Notes under the pieces: generated by a model
Databases searched by the model: none
What the model was told of the DNA's origin: nothing
What the model saw: the letters and a program-made list of their open reading frames with translations, nothing else
Shown: one piece after another, positions 37,501 to 49,847 of the stretch
How positions within the stretch are numbered: the first letter of the stretch is position 1
How the letters are laid out: each line of letters opens with the position of its first letter
Position numbers and translations under genes: made by a program
Source: Paragordius varius
Lineage: Eukaryota; Animalia; Nematomorpha
DNA length: 64,000 bases
Direction: 5' to 3'
Assembly: GCA_964247055.1 (NCBI GenBank)
Contig: OZ176056.1
Coordinates: 8,556,001 to 8,620,000 of the forward strand

Positions 37501-38898
37501 TTATGGCTAATTTTCATGAAACTTTAATTGATTTTTAACAAAACTTAAGGAAACTTTAACCGATTTTTAGCAAATTTTAGCCGATTTTTACCAATTTTTA
37601 GGGAAACTTTAAACGATTTTTAACAAATTTTAAGGAAAACTTTAACCGATTTTTAGCCTATTATAAGGAAAATTTAACCGATTATTAGCAAATTTTAAGA
37701 AAACTTTAACCGATTTTTAGTAAATTTTAAGGAAATTTTAGCAAATTTTAAGATAATTTTAACCGATTATTAGCAAATTTTAAGAAAATTTTAACCGATT
37801 TTTAGCCTATTATAAGGAAACTTTAATCGATTTTTAACAAAACTTAAGGAAACTTTAACCGATTTTTAGCAAATTATAGGGAAATTTTAACCGATTTTTA
37901 ACAAAACTTAAGGAAACTTTAACCGATTTTTAGTAAATTTTAAGGAAATTTTGGCAAATTTTGAAAAATTTTAACCGATTTTTAGCAAATTTTAGGGAAA
38001 TTTTAACCGATTTTAGCAAATTTTAACCGATTATTAGCAAATTTTAAGAAAATTTTAACTGATTTTTAACCGATTTTTAGCAAATTTTATGAAAACTTTA
38101 ACCGATTATTAGCAAATTTTAAGATAATTTTAACCGATTTTTAGCCTATTATAAGGAAACTTTAACCGATTATTAGAAAATTTTAAGAAAACTTTAACCG
38201 ATTATTAGCAAATTTTAAGATAATTTTAACCGATTTTTAGCAAATTTTAAGGAAACTTTAATCGATTTTTAACAAAACTTAAGAAAACTTTAACCGATTT
38301 TCAGCTAATTCTAAGGAAACTTTAAGCAATTTTTAGCAAATTTTAGGTAAACTTTAACCGATTTTTCAAATTTTAAGGAAACTTTAACCGATTATGGCTA
38401 ATTTTCATGAAACTTTAACCGATTTTTAACAAAACTTAAGGAAACTTTAACCGATTTTTAGCAAATTTTAGCCGATTTTTAGGGAAACTTTAAACGATTT
38501 TTAACAAATTTTAAGGAAACTTTAACCGATTTTTAGCCTATTATAAGGAAACTTTAACCGATTATTAGCAAATTTTAAGAAAACTTTAACCGATTTTTAG
38601 TAAATTTTAAGTAAATTTTAGCAAATTTTAAGGAAATTTTAGCAAATTTTAAAAAAATTTTAACCGAGTTTGCAAATTTTGGGGAAATTTTAACCGATTT
38701 AACATATTTTAAGGAAACTTTAACCGATTTTAGCAAATTTTAAGATAATTTTAACCGATTATTAGCAAATTTTAAGAAAATTTTAACCGATTTTTAACCG
38801 ATTTTTAGCAAATTTTAAGAAAACTTTAACCGTTTTTAGGAATTGTTAAGAAAGAAACTTTAACCGATTTTTTTTAAGGTAACTTTAACCGATTTTTA
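22503..38898 (+). repeat. 32 bp satellite B, unit 2 (~16.4 kb, higher-order structure)
   Basis: Same consensus. Rare variants recur at ~0.89, 1.14, 1.64, 2.78 and 6.24 kb spacings. Confidence 0.98.
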
Positions 38899-41808
38899 AA
38901 TTGATTTTTATTTAATTTCTCATTTTTTAACAAACTTTAAACAATTTTAAATAATTTTAGTGTATTTTTAAGAGATTTTAATACCATTTTTTTACTTTTT
39001 TTGAACCACCTTAAGTCATTTTATGTAAGAAAAAATAGAAGACACGAAAAGAAGGCGTGATATCAATTATACGCCCGAAAACCCAAAACCAATTTGTTGT
39101 ACATAATTTATATACTAGGAATTTTTTAGAGGAGGGGTGGTCAACAAGCGGCTCCTTAAATATTGAGGATGCCGCGAGAAATTTATATACAAGTTTTTAT
39201 AAAATTTAAGGAAAATTAATTATCTTAAACAAATTTTCTGAATAAATTTTTCCGGAATTTTGGCAATTTCCTAAAAAAAATGATAACAAAATAGTGGTTT
39301 TTACAGTATCATTTATAATATCTAATAAAATGTTAGATAATGCCCATATATTTAGCCAATGCGGCCCGCTAAGCCATAGAATATGAATTTATTTTTTAAG
39401 AAATTAAATTTTATAGGACGAGCATGCACCTAAAAAATAATAACATAAGTTCACCTTTATATGTTAACACTTCCTCTCCATTATCAAAAAATTTTTACAA
39501 AATTTTAGAGAAAGAAATTCAATGCTAAAATATTTTACCAAGAGCTATAATTTATGTAAAATTATTTTAAATTGGAAGGATATTTTAGATTTCAAAACAA
39601 GCAAGCATCTAAATAATTATAACATATGTTCACCTTTCTATTTCATCTTCCTCAAACAAATGAAAAAAAAAATTTTAAAAGATCAAGAAACGCACTTGTT
39701 AGCAATATAGTATCATAATTAGACATCTATTTAGTTTTTTTTAAAAAATGGATAATAATAAAATATTACTAGGTTTGTGTTAAAATTTTCCAGATAGAAT
39801 TGCCAAGTAAATGGCTAATAGCAAGAAAAGATTCTTTTTGAAGTTAATAAATGTTCCTTATCATTCGTATCTGGCAATATTTTAATGCAAACCCAGAAAT
39901 GATTCGTAATTATACTGTATATATATAAAACATGCAAAACTTACATATATTGTTTGATCAGAATTGTATTAAAACGTATTTTCCCATTTCAGTCGTATAA
40001 TATCAACCATGTTTCCAATACTTTGTCGTTTTATTGTGGTCGATTGTTTCCAAGATTTGGTTGGACAGTTTCCTTTTTTCAATTAACAATGGTATTCTAA
40101 TGATTAAGTATAAACAATTTACCTTATTATATAGTAATGGCAATACATTGTATAGCTGGAGAGATCAAGACATGACAAGGGAAGTTGCATATGCACCCAA
40201 TCTATCCACCCATTTCAGAAAATGTGCGAGGAAAAAAAAATTAAGTAAATGAAAAAAATGCAAAATTTTCGCCCTTTATATAGGGCATAATGTATATGTT
40301 ATCTTTTTATCCAATCAAATTAATGTGTGCATTTGCGCCTTTTTCCCCCCCTTCTGGAAAAATGTTTCACATTCTTTTCCCTCTCTTTATTGCGCAACAT
40401 TGTTTGGGCGCCTCTATTTTATTATTATTCCCCCCCCCATGTGCACATTCCAATAAAACATATAATATATTATATATGATTCATCATATCTAAAAATAAA
40501 TCCTTTTTTATTACAATAATGTTATTTGGCTGGCGCCTATAAAGAAATGTAAATAAAATTCGGAGAAAAATATGTTAAAAAAATATGGCAATAATATTTT
40601 AACAATCTTTATTAATAATAAATGAAAAATTTGAATTTATTTTCTTACTTAAATGTTTGATTACACAAATGGCTAATATCAAATATTAATTAATTAATCT
40701 AATTTGTTTCAATATTAAAAAAAATAATTTTTCATAGAGGTATTTAAGTTTTTACCGGTGTAATTTGATTAATATATTGGTTTATAATTTAGTGATCTTA
40801 GAATTTTTTTTCTAAAATAAAGCAGAATGTTTTTTAAGAAGTTTATAGATTATTATCTAAAGATTTATAATTATTTTAATTTTATGCTTTGTGCAATCAT
40901 CTAATATCAAATTAATGTTAAAATCAAATACATCATATAATAAGCTTTCAACAACAAGAGCTCTGATTTTTTTGGATTTCCAATTCATTAAAATCCATCA
41001 TCACAGATAATTTATTTAGGTAAAAGATATTCAAAGTGTGCTTACGATAATTACCAATATATAATGATTCTCTCTTAATTCATACTAATATATATATTAA
41101 TTTTAAAATAGGAATCAACAAATAAGTTATTATTCTGTTTTAATTCAATTAAAAAATATGTAAATAAAATCGAAAATAAGTTATGTCCTGTGGGGATAAG
41201 GGTTAAAGTAAAAAGTTTGGTTTCAGTTTTTTAAACAGAAAGCTGAAAATCTGTTTTTCATTAAGAGTTATCTGAAACAAAATTTAAACTTTTTTATACC
41301 ATAGAACGATACAGAATATCTGGGAATTGCTAACTTAACATTTAATAACCTTTAAAAGTGTAATAATTCTCAATTGAGAAATGGTTAAATCCTAACAATT
41401 TTATTAAAAATTATAATGGATTATTTATCCCAAAACTTTTTAAGCTTGCAATGTTAAATTCCCATCGTTCATGCGAAAATGTCTTTAGAATTAAGCAGTA
41501 TCAACAGTTTAGTTTAAATATTAACTAATCTAAAAATCAATCAAAAGAGTTTCTTCATTTAATAATTATGTATAACCACACGACAATAACATAAGCAAAC
41601 TAAAAGATATCAATGTTGGATAAAAATATCATTAAATTCTTCAACTTTTTTAATAATTAGTTCCCGTTTTGAAAAAGCTGAATAAAAATCTTTTTCAAAA
41701 CAATAGCATTTCATTACTTTACTACAGTTTGGAAAACCAATAAAAATATTTGGTTATATGGTGAAAAATGTAAATTTTTTTAATCTTAAATTTATAGTAT
41801 GATACTGT

Positions 41809-41926
41809 AAGGTTTCGACTTTGTGGGCTAGGGTTAGGGTGAGGGATTGGAGTTGGTTCATTTTCTAAAAGAAGTCCGCAGGACTTCCTCGGGCTGCGAA
41901 GCAGGCCGAGACCCACGCATTATCTT
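41809..41926 (+). mobile_element. G4 + twin-hairpin module, unit 2
   Basis: Essentially identical to 8593-8710. Confidence 0.55.
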
Positions 41927-43942
41927 ATTATTTATACCTTATATTTATAATTAATTTTTTACTTAAATACAAAGATCCCAATAAAAAATTATTAATAATA
42001 CAGAGTTAGGTATTGAATTTTATTGGGAAATAATTGGAGATCCGTTCTAGTATTAGTAAATAAGAACAATGGATTAAACATTTTTTTAGCTGTACTGCAA
42101 ACATTACATAACATGTTTACATTAATTTTTATTACCCAAATCCTTAATATATATCATATAGTTTAGGAATCCTTATTTTTAACTTCTTAATAAAAATTTT
42201 GTGTTAGGTACAAATTGTCATTCTATATTCTGCTTATTGATTTAATCAGCTTTAGTTTGTACTTCATCTTAATTTAATCTATTTAAATTTTATATAAATT
42301 ATAAAAAGATGTCTTTATTTGTATTTAAAAATTAAATCTTTGAAAAATAGGGCCTTATCCAAACTAGACCACCTATATTTAAAAATAAAAATTTAATTCG
42401 AAACATAGTTAAATTTAAATTATTTCGTTTTTAATTATATATTAATAGCATTTTAATTTTGATTCATTACTAATTTTAAAATTGATTAAGGTCCTAGAAT
42501 TGAATTTAGGTATCTGTAGGAAAAATTGTGCATTGCTCTAAGTTACATGGTTTGAAGAATAAAATGTCAAGTAAACGAATTATATATTTATTTCTATATG
42601 TGTAAGACTCATTTCATATGTTTTTGGGATGAAATAACCCTAACCAACTCATATTTGGATAAACATTAAGGCTTTTGACTTTGTGGACTAGGGTTAGGGT
42701 GAGGGATTGGAGTTGGTTCATTTTCTTAAAGAAGTCACCCTTCATCCAATTTAAAGAGGTTCATGAATATTATTTGCTAAATCTGTGTTTTCCTATTATA
42801 AATTTAATTAAACTCACTATGACATCGCTTATATGTAAATATAAAAAAATATTTTTATCAAACCTGGATACTGTCGCAACAAAACCATTTATGAATTTAA
42901 ATCGAAGAATTGTTTATAATATAGTATTTTCATCATAAATTCTTAATTCAAAATGGTGTTTTATACGAAAATAAATTTCCAGATTACGCAAATTAGTAGT
43001 AGAGGAAAATCAATGATATAAGCGTTCAGTCCGATATAAGGGATTGCAATTGTTTTAGGGTAAAAGAAGACTTGTAAGCAATAAAGTGCTTATAAAATTT
43101 AATTTTAAATTTTTCTAATAAATTTGATCAAAATAATTGTAAATATCGAAGTTAATACTCTAATATATATATATATATAAAATTACTAATGATGGATAAG
43201 AGGATTTGATTTGTCAAATTACCTATGAATGTAAAATAGTTAGTTTAAAACCGAATAATATTAGTGAGCAAATCCTAAAATGATAAAATATGTTTATTGG
43301 AGAATGAATATAAGTTAAAGTTTAATTAATTATAGTTATACTTACCCAAGGTATAATATACAAGAGGCATCAATACAATTTAAATATTAAATAGCCATAT
43401 TATAAAAATTTATTTATATTCTCATCTTTATCGGAGACAAAAATATTTTTTCATGTCATACCACATAAATAATTATATTAAAAAATCAACATTAACGATA
43501 TAAGTTAATTTTATTTAAGTAATTCCAAATTTTTTAATCCAAATTCATTTCTCTTTTGCTAGGTGGTATTCATACATACATAAATTCAAAAATTTGCTTC
43601 ACAATACTAAATTCGGACAGGATGGTTCATTATATGCCTACTTTGTTTCGGAAAAGTTATGGCTTTTTGAATGCGTTTAGTTGAAAATATTTTACATTTT
43701 TCAATGGATATCACAGAATTATGACAAACCAAAAACTTTAATTTGTTGTGGAAAGCAAATGTGAACTTGATTCCGTATTAAATTTGGAAATTAACTCAAA
43801 TTGTATGGATCTTGCAGTGAGTAGCAAATATAATTGTTTATTGCGTTCTATTTTGGACTTTATATAAGGATTGTTTTCTTCAAAAAACTTAAAATATATA
43901 CGCAAATTTTTATATATTTTTTTGTTTTGAGTATTATTTTAG

Positions 43943-44077
43943 ACTTTATAACAAAACTATCAACACATAACATTACAAGAATTTTCCGGGTGTGTTTAAG
44001 CTGGTTTATTACCTCGGTCTAAAGATGTCATTTTACTGGCAGATCTTGTGGATTCGTGTAAACCTGGAGATGATATT
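43943..44077 (+). pseudogene. MCM2: MCM2 pseudo-exon, unit 2
   Basis: 135 nt between TTTTAG and GTAACA: [43 protein letters not shown]. This matches the MCM2 segment I recall as [45 protein letters not shown]. Two TAA stops. Confidence 0.9.
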
Positions 44078-44577
44078 GTAACAATTTTTTTTGTTTTCTT
44101 ATGTAATTAACACATAATTCACATACACATAACATCATTTTTAAATATCTTTAACTGTTTTCTATCAGGTTTTTTTTAATTAAGCTTCAAATATTATATA
44201 ATTAATCATACACACAATGCACACAATATTCTGTTGGATATAAATATTCTAATAAAATAGGTCAAAAATTAATAGGTTGCTTTTAATTTCGGGACGAATC
44301 ATCTCAAAATTCCAAATTATCCCCATTTTTTTATAATATTTTTAGGATAACAAAAACTCTTTATATATAATATATATATATATAGGATAAACTTAAAAGA
44401 ATTGATTAAGTTTAATTGGGACTTTTGTAGATATTAAGTTTTTATACCACTGAATAGGTCATCTAATGGTAACAAAGTGATAAGAAGCACTATATGAAAT
44501 TATATGTGATTAGAATTTCAAAATAGGTTATTTTAGATATATTTTGATCAAATTTTAAACGAAACATTTGGTATTTA

Positions 44578-45230
44578 ATGTCCACAGGGCATATTCTTGG
44601 GTTCTGCGCCAACAGTAGTCGATTAATTAACTTGCGACATCATAATATAGTGGGTCACATAAAACAAAACCTCCCATCCAATGCACGACTAATATCCGAA
44701 AATCAAGCGCTGGACTCGTCAGGATTACGACCCGATCTCGTGGTGGCCCAACAAATGCCTTATCATCGATCCAACTGTCACCCACGAGAACGGGCCCAAA
44801 GCCCTAGATGAAGCACATAATATTAAGATAGAGAAGTATCGTCACCTCACAGTCTCACTTTCCGGCCAATTTGACGAGGTTTATATCATCCCAATCGTCG
44901 TGGGCGCACTTGGATCATGGCACCCCAAAAACAAAAGATTATTCGAAAACATTAATATGAAAAATAAGGCTGAGATGAGAAAGGATATAGTCATCGAAAC
45001 CATTAAATTTTCCTAATATATTCTTTGAATTTACCAGTGGTAGAAACTAAATCCCCTCCCTCCCGGAAACATCCACGTCCAACCTCATCCCACAGTCCCA
45101 CTGCACATCCGTAACACAATAAGGCTCAATTTGTATCAATATATCAATTCTGTCCATATGATCACCTATTTATATTCTTTTTAGCATGTTTTTTTATATT
45201 CCTTATATTTTTATTTTTATCAAAATAAAT
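44578..45230 (+). mobile_element. 5'-truncated RLE-type non-LTR retrotransposon (NeSL/R5/Utopia-like), unit 2
   Basis: GHILGFC (end of the CCHC knuckle), RHHNIV, EN..GLRPDLVV, a frameshift, then KCLIIDPTVTHEN..K.EKY..PIVVGALGSWHPKN. This is a PD-(D/E)xK endonuclease, and VG(A/S)LGSW is typical of the NeSL clade. The 3' UTR ends near AATAAA at 45224. Confidence 0.9.
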
Positions 45231-47572
45231 ACACAAATCAAATTAAATACCTAAATAGTTAGAATTGAAAAGTCAAAGGTTAAATATATTGTTCTGCTTT
45301 CGAAAAATATTTTGTGTTATAGTTTTAGGTTTTGTCATGTATATTTTCAATCTTTACAGTAAATAGGGTTAGAAATATAGAGATAAAAATTCCTTTGTGT
45401 ACAATATATTAGGAGGATTAATAAATTTGAAAAATCAACATCCCCAGAGATTAACATGAATATATTGAATATTACTCTAATGGTATTTTTAGGATGCCTT
45501 ATCCCATAGAAATCTTCAAAATAAAAATGACGCCATCTTACCATTTATAAACCCCGGGGAGAACAGTAACAAACGCAAAAGATAAAAAGATCCAAGTGAC
45601 CCTATTGGTGACATTTAAAGCGCATGAATTACTAATTGCAAAAATATTAAGGATTAAACATTCTCGGCTAAAGCCGCCATAAACTAATCTTATCAAATAA
45701 CAAAGAATTAACATTTAAAATCAAACAGAAGTAGGTTGGCGATGAATTCCTACATCTGGTTCACAAATACTTAAAAGACGTTGGGAATTAAAACAACTGG
45801 TGATTTTACTATGTAAATAATACATATAAAAATAAATGAATACTAACAATATAACATTTTTTACTACTCATACATTACTTGCGGCAATTTTGACTTAATA
45901 ATGATATTGATATCTAAATTACATCAAAATACATACGTTTAAAACTATAAGTATAATAAAAAAATGAAAGCTTATTTAAACTGTATTACATGCAATTATT
46001 AAAGAATATACTGCTTTGCAGGAATGTATCCATCTTGCTAAAATGTAGTTATGAATATTTGTAACGGAGGTTATCATAAATTGCAAATTTTCATTTTTCA
46101 AACATCATTTGATAAAATTATTAAAGCCCAACACTAAATTAATAACCAGAAATAATTAAAACATATTATTTATCAATTAGATTGGATAAGCATTTTCAAA
46201 ATAAGTAATGTTTTTCCACTGTTTGGCACATTCCTTTTTCAAGGTATCACCGATCTTATACGATGCCAAAGTTGTGCCAGATATTTTGAACTGATATTGA
46301 TTATCACTGCGGTTAAGAGCGGTCAATTTGTTGCAGGCATCATTAAAGTATTCATTGTCTTGTATATTATATATATATATATATATTTAACCTCGCTCTC
46401 ATAATCAAATGCTCAATTCCTTAAAAAAATCCTATATTTTGTCTTAACTATCAGAAAAATTATTTGAATAATACATTTAAAATTAATTAGTTTGCTTATA
46501 TGAAGGTATACAATTCAAACTAGCATATATCTTAAAACTATTCTTATGAACCTTAAATTATAAGATAAGAAAGACAACGCGTAAAAAAAATTATTTTCCA
46601 CATAAATTGCTTTTACAAGATCTATATAACATATAATATGTTAATATTGTAATTGATAAACGAGTGTAAATAAAGTAATAATGATAAAAAAAATTGACAC
46701 AGCTCGACAACTTAACAATTAAATGGTATAGAAGTTTAAAATTTAAAATATATAATTTAGTGCAGGTGAACCAAAGAGTCGCAAGCCTTTTTTAAACGTT
46801 TTAAACTTAAAAATCCAAAATTAGAGACCAAACGTTTCAGGTGGCCATAACATTTAGGAAAAAAAAGTTTTTATAACTTTGGGGGAAAATTAAAAACTCT
46901 AAAAAAGATTGAGAAGCACTGCAGCGAAAAATGAAACGGTCCAGCAAAATGGTCGGTGTCAGAATTTAATAAAGGAGCACTAAATGACCAACCTGCATTT
47001 AATGATTATTTTAAAATCTTACTAATAGAAGAAGAAACAAATATTAGCATCCTAGAAGTTATACTATAAAATGTCATTGGTATATACCATTTATTTCAAA
47101 TTCACCCTTAAACAATTCAAATTTACCTATAAATATTCAAAAATTTAAAATTACCTATATTTTTTTATATTTTTAAAAAATAAAATTTTTGTTTTAAATT
47201 AAAATAATGCTGAAAAAATAATATAGTAATTGAAAAACGCTATGAATCAAATTTATTGCTGTAAATGAATTGAAAATATATTATTGCATATAAAATGGTC
47301 AAATATTCTAATAACAATATATATAAAATTAAAGAATTAAAAGCAAGAATCAATTTTTTTATAATTACTTTTTACTATTTCACCAATTCAATATCTTGAG
47401 TTAACTATATAATCCGTCACTTTTTTCCCGTCAATAATCGCATCTTTTTCCTGTATACTGAAATTTCAAGAATTTTGCCCCTGAACATTACTACGTGTTT
47501 GGATGAGTTTTTTGGCTCTAGAAAATTATTATAATTATCTAAGCGATTATATAAATATTGTTCGGTTAATAG

Positions 47573-47837
47573 TTGGATATTTTAATATTCCGTAAAGTGA
47601 ATCCCTCATTCAAAATGTATTGCGTTGGTGGATAACACTTGAAGGTACTGGTCATTTAGAACAAAAAGATTTATAATTTTAAACATCATGTAAATGGTTC
47701 ATCTGATTTATATGAAGTTGTGAGTCACATGTGTTAATTTTAATTCTTCGACTGTGCATAGCAAAATAGATAATAAACAGAGCAAAATATTTATATATGC
47801 TAAGCAATTTGGCTGTTTTAAAATATAAAGATTGCAT
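47573..47837 (-). pseudogene. Truncated 5' remnant of the LRR gene, unit 2
   Basis: Matches 16562-16825, carries a +1 base near 47700, and similarity ends after ..LRNIKIS. Confidence 0.85.
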
Positions 47838-48634
47838 CTAATTTTAACATAACGTAAATAGTATAGTCTAAATTCTTTAAATATAAGGCTTAAAATGCGG
47901 CCTCCGTTTTATAAAGTTGCGACCGTAAATATTATCCCGTCAGCAGACAGAACCGTCAATAATTCAAATATAATTGATTGAAAGCAACTATGATTGCAAT
48001 CAGAAAAATATTTATAAGTAAAGGGTGGTGATAAACTCAAATTCGAAGGCTTGAGGCCTTCTTCTCAAATGGCAACAAGGGATGGGGACATGAATGAAAC
48101 CAAGCAGCAAGGATTGCCGGATTGAAGGATTACGAGGTAAATATATTGTTTAGGTGTATTGGGAGAAACTTTATTGGGGAGGCGTTCACGAAGGAGCTGT
48201 GCAAAGGAGCTACCCAACCAGAAGCCCTGAATCGAGGTCCTGGACTTGGGAATGGCCTATCAATGGGATGACATATGGAAAAGAGGTAAACCTAATGTTT
48301 AGGTGGGATGGATGGCCTTTTGGGGATTCTTGAGACGGAGCTTGTCAAGCCAGCACTACCCCTGATGATCAAAACAAGCTACTTGGGAGCAGGCTTGGTT
48401 GTTGGATGGCGACTTGGTTGGATCAAACAACACTGCTACTTGGAGGATGGCATTCTGTTGAATGCACAACTCTCATTTTACTTGTGGAGAGTTTTTGGGC
48501 CAAATGACTCTCTAGTGGGAGAATATTTCCTCCTTTGGGGAAAAATCAACTCTTGTTATTATTGAGAGAGTTGTTTTCTCCAAACGTGTGAAGGAGGAGG
48601 ATTTATTTCTCCCATTAGAGAGTGAGTCTGGTCC

Positions 48635-48700
48635 CTAAGTCCAAAATTTTATTTTGTGCACTCTTACTCCCGGACGCTCAAAATAAAATTTTGGACTTAG
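48635..48700. other. Perfect 22 bp inverted repeat with a 22 nt loop (imperfect copy at 17625-17690)
   Basis: CTAAGTCCAAAATTTTATTTTG / CAAAATAAAATTTTGGACTTAG. Confidence 0.8.
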
Positions 48701-49727
48701 AATATTTTTTAATTTTTTTTCTCGCCCTTTGGGGGGGGTTATATATATTTATTTATATTTTTTAATTTTTTTTCAAAAAATATAAGATAAAGTAAACATT
48801 ATTTATTGACAATAATTATATAAAATATTCATTTTTCTGTTTGTTTTCATTCTTGTCTTGTTGGTTATTAATGATCAACGTTTTGAGATTATGGTTTAAT
48901 TCTATTCGTATTTTTGTAAGTATTTTCGTGTCTTGTTGGTTATTCATGATCAACGTTTTTAGATTATGGTTTTCTGGTATATTCTGATTCTATAAAAATT
49001 AATAAACATTAGTTTTAGAAATTAAATTTTCAATGTTACCACAAACTAATTCAACCTAGTAAATCAATTTTTACTATTTTTTACAATATTGTCAATTAAT
49101 TAGCATGTGGAAATTTAGCAGTAATTTTTAAATAAATTTTGACGTCTGAGTCATTTAAATTTAACCTTTATTTTATGATTGTCATTATAGAACTAATATT
49201 GGGATCAATATAAACCGCTAAAATTAAAATCAACAAATTTGAAATCATTTAATTGTTAACCTAAAACAATAAAATCAGTTTAAAAACCCATATTTTTATT
49301 CTTTTGAATTCAAATGCTAAAAAAATATGAGTTGGACAGGTTTTTAACAATTTTATTTATATTCAAAATTAGCAGTTTTACAACCAAATAAACTATTTTT
49401 TACCGATTTTGGCTATTAATATGTTTGTATGAGCTATTTTTTAAACAAATAAATATATTAATTGAATGCTGTCTAGCACATAAGGAATTATTTATTACAA
49501 ACCAGTAAATTAACAAATTTAGGTAGATTTAGGTAATTGAATTTAGATATAAAAAATGGTAAACAAATCATAAAACAAACAGTGTTAGGGTCAAAACAAA
49601 TTTAGGAAGGCAATAATATCCTACCTATTATAAAATTATTTATTCAATGATTAAAAAACAAGTATTTCATTCAATAATTAACTACAATGGGATCATTTTA
49701 AATAATTCCTCTTATCAATTAATTAAA

Positions 49728-49847
49728 AAGAAATGCGTAGGTCTCGGCCTGCTTCGCAGCCCGAGGAAGTCCTGCGGACTTCTTTAAGGAAATGAACCAA
49801 CTCCAATCCCTCACCCTAACCCTAGCCCACAAACTCGAAACCCTAAA
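49728..49847 (-). mobile_element. G4 + twin-hairpin module, inverted copy, unit 2
   Basis: Matches 18678-18797, with one G>A change outside the hairpins. Confidence 0.55.

Noticed and set aside
22503-38898. CRISPR array
   Set aside because: Monomers are contiguous degenerate repeats with no unique spacers; the context is eukaryotic and has no cas genes.
43338-43346. U1 snRNA 5' end (ATACTTACC)
   Set aside because: No downstream U1 structure, and the motif is not conserved in unit 1.
43943-44077. Alternative genetic code (TAA read as Gln or Tyr)
   Set aside because: Gln is encoded by CAA here, the 325-codon LRR ORF contains no TAA/TAG, and unit 1 adds a TGA and a frameshift, so ordinary decay explains the stops.
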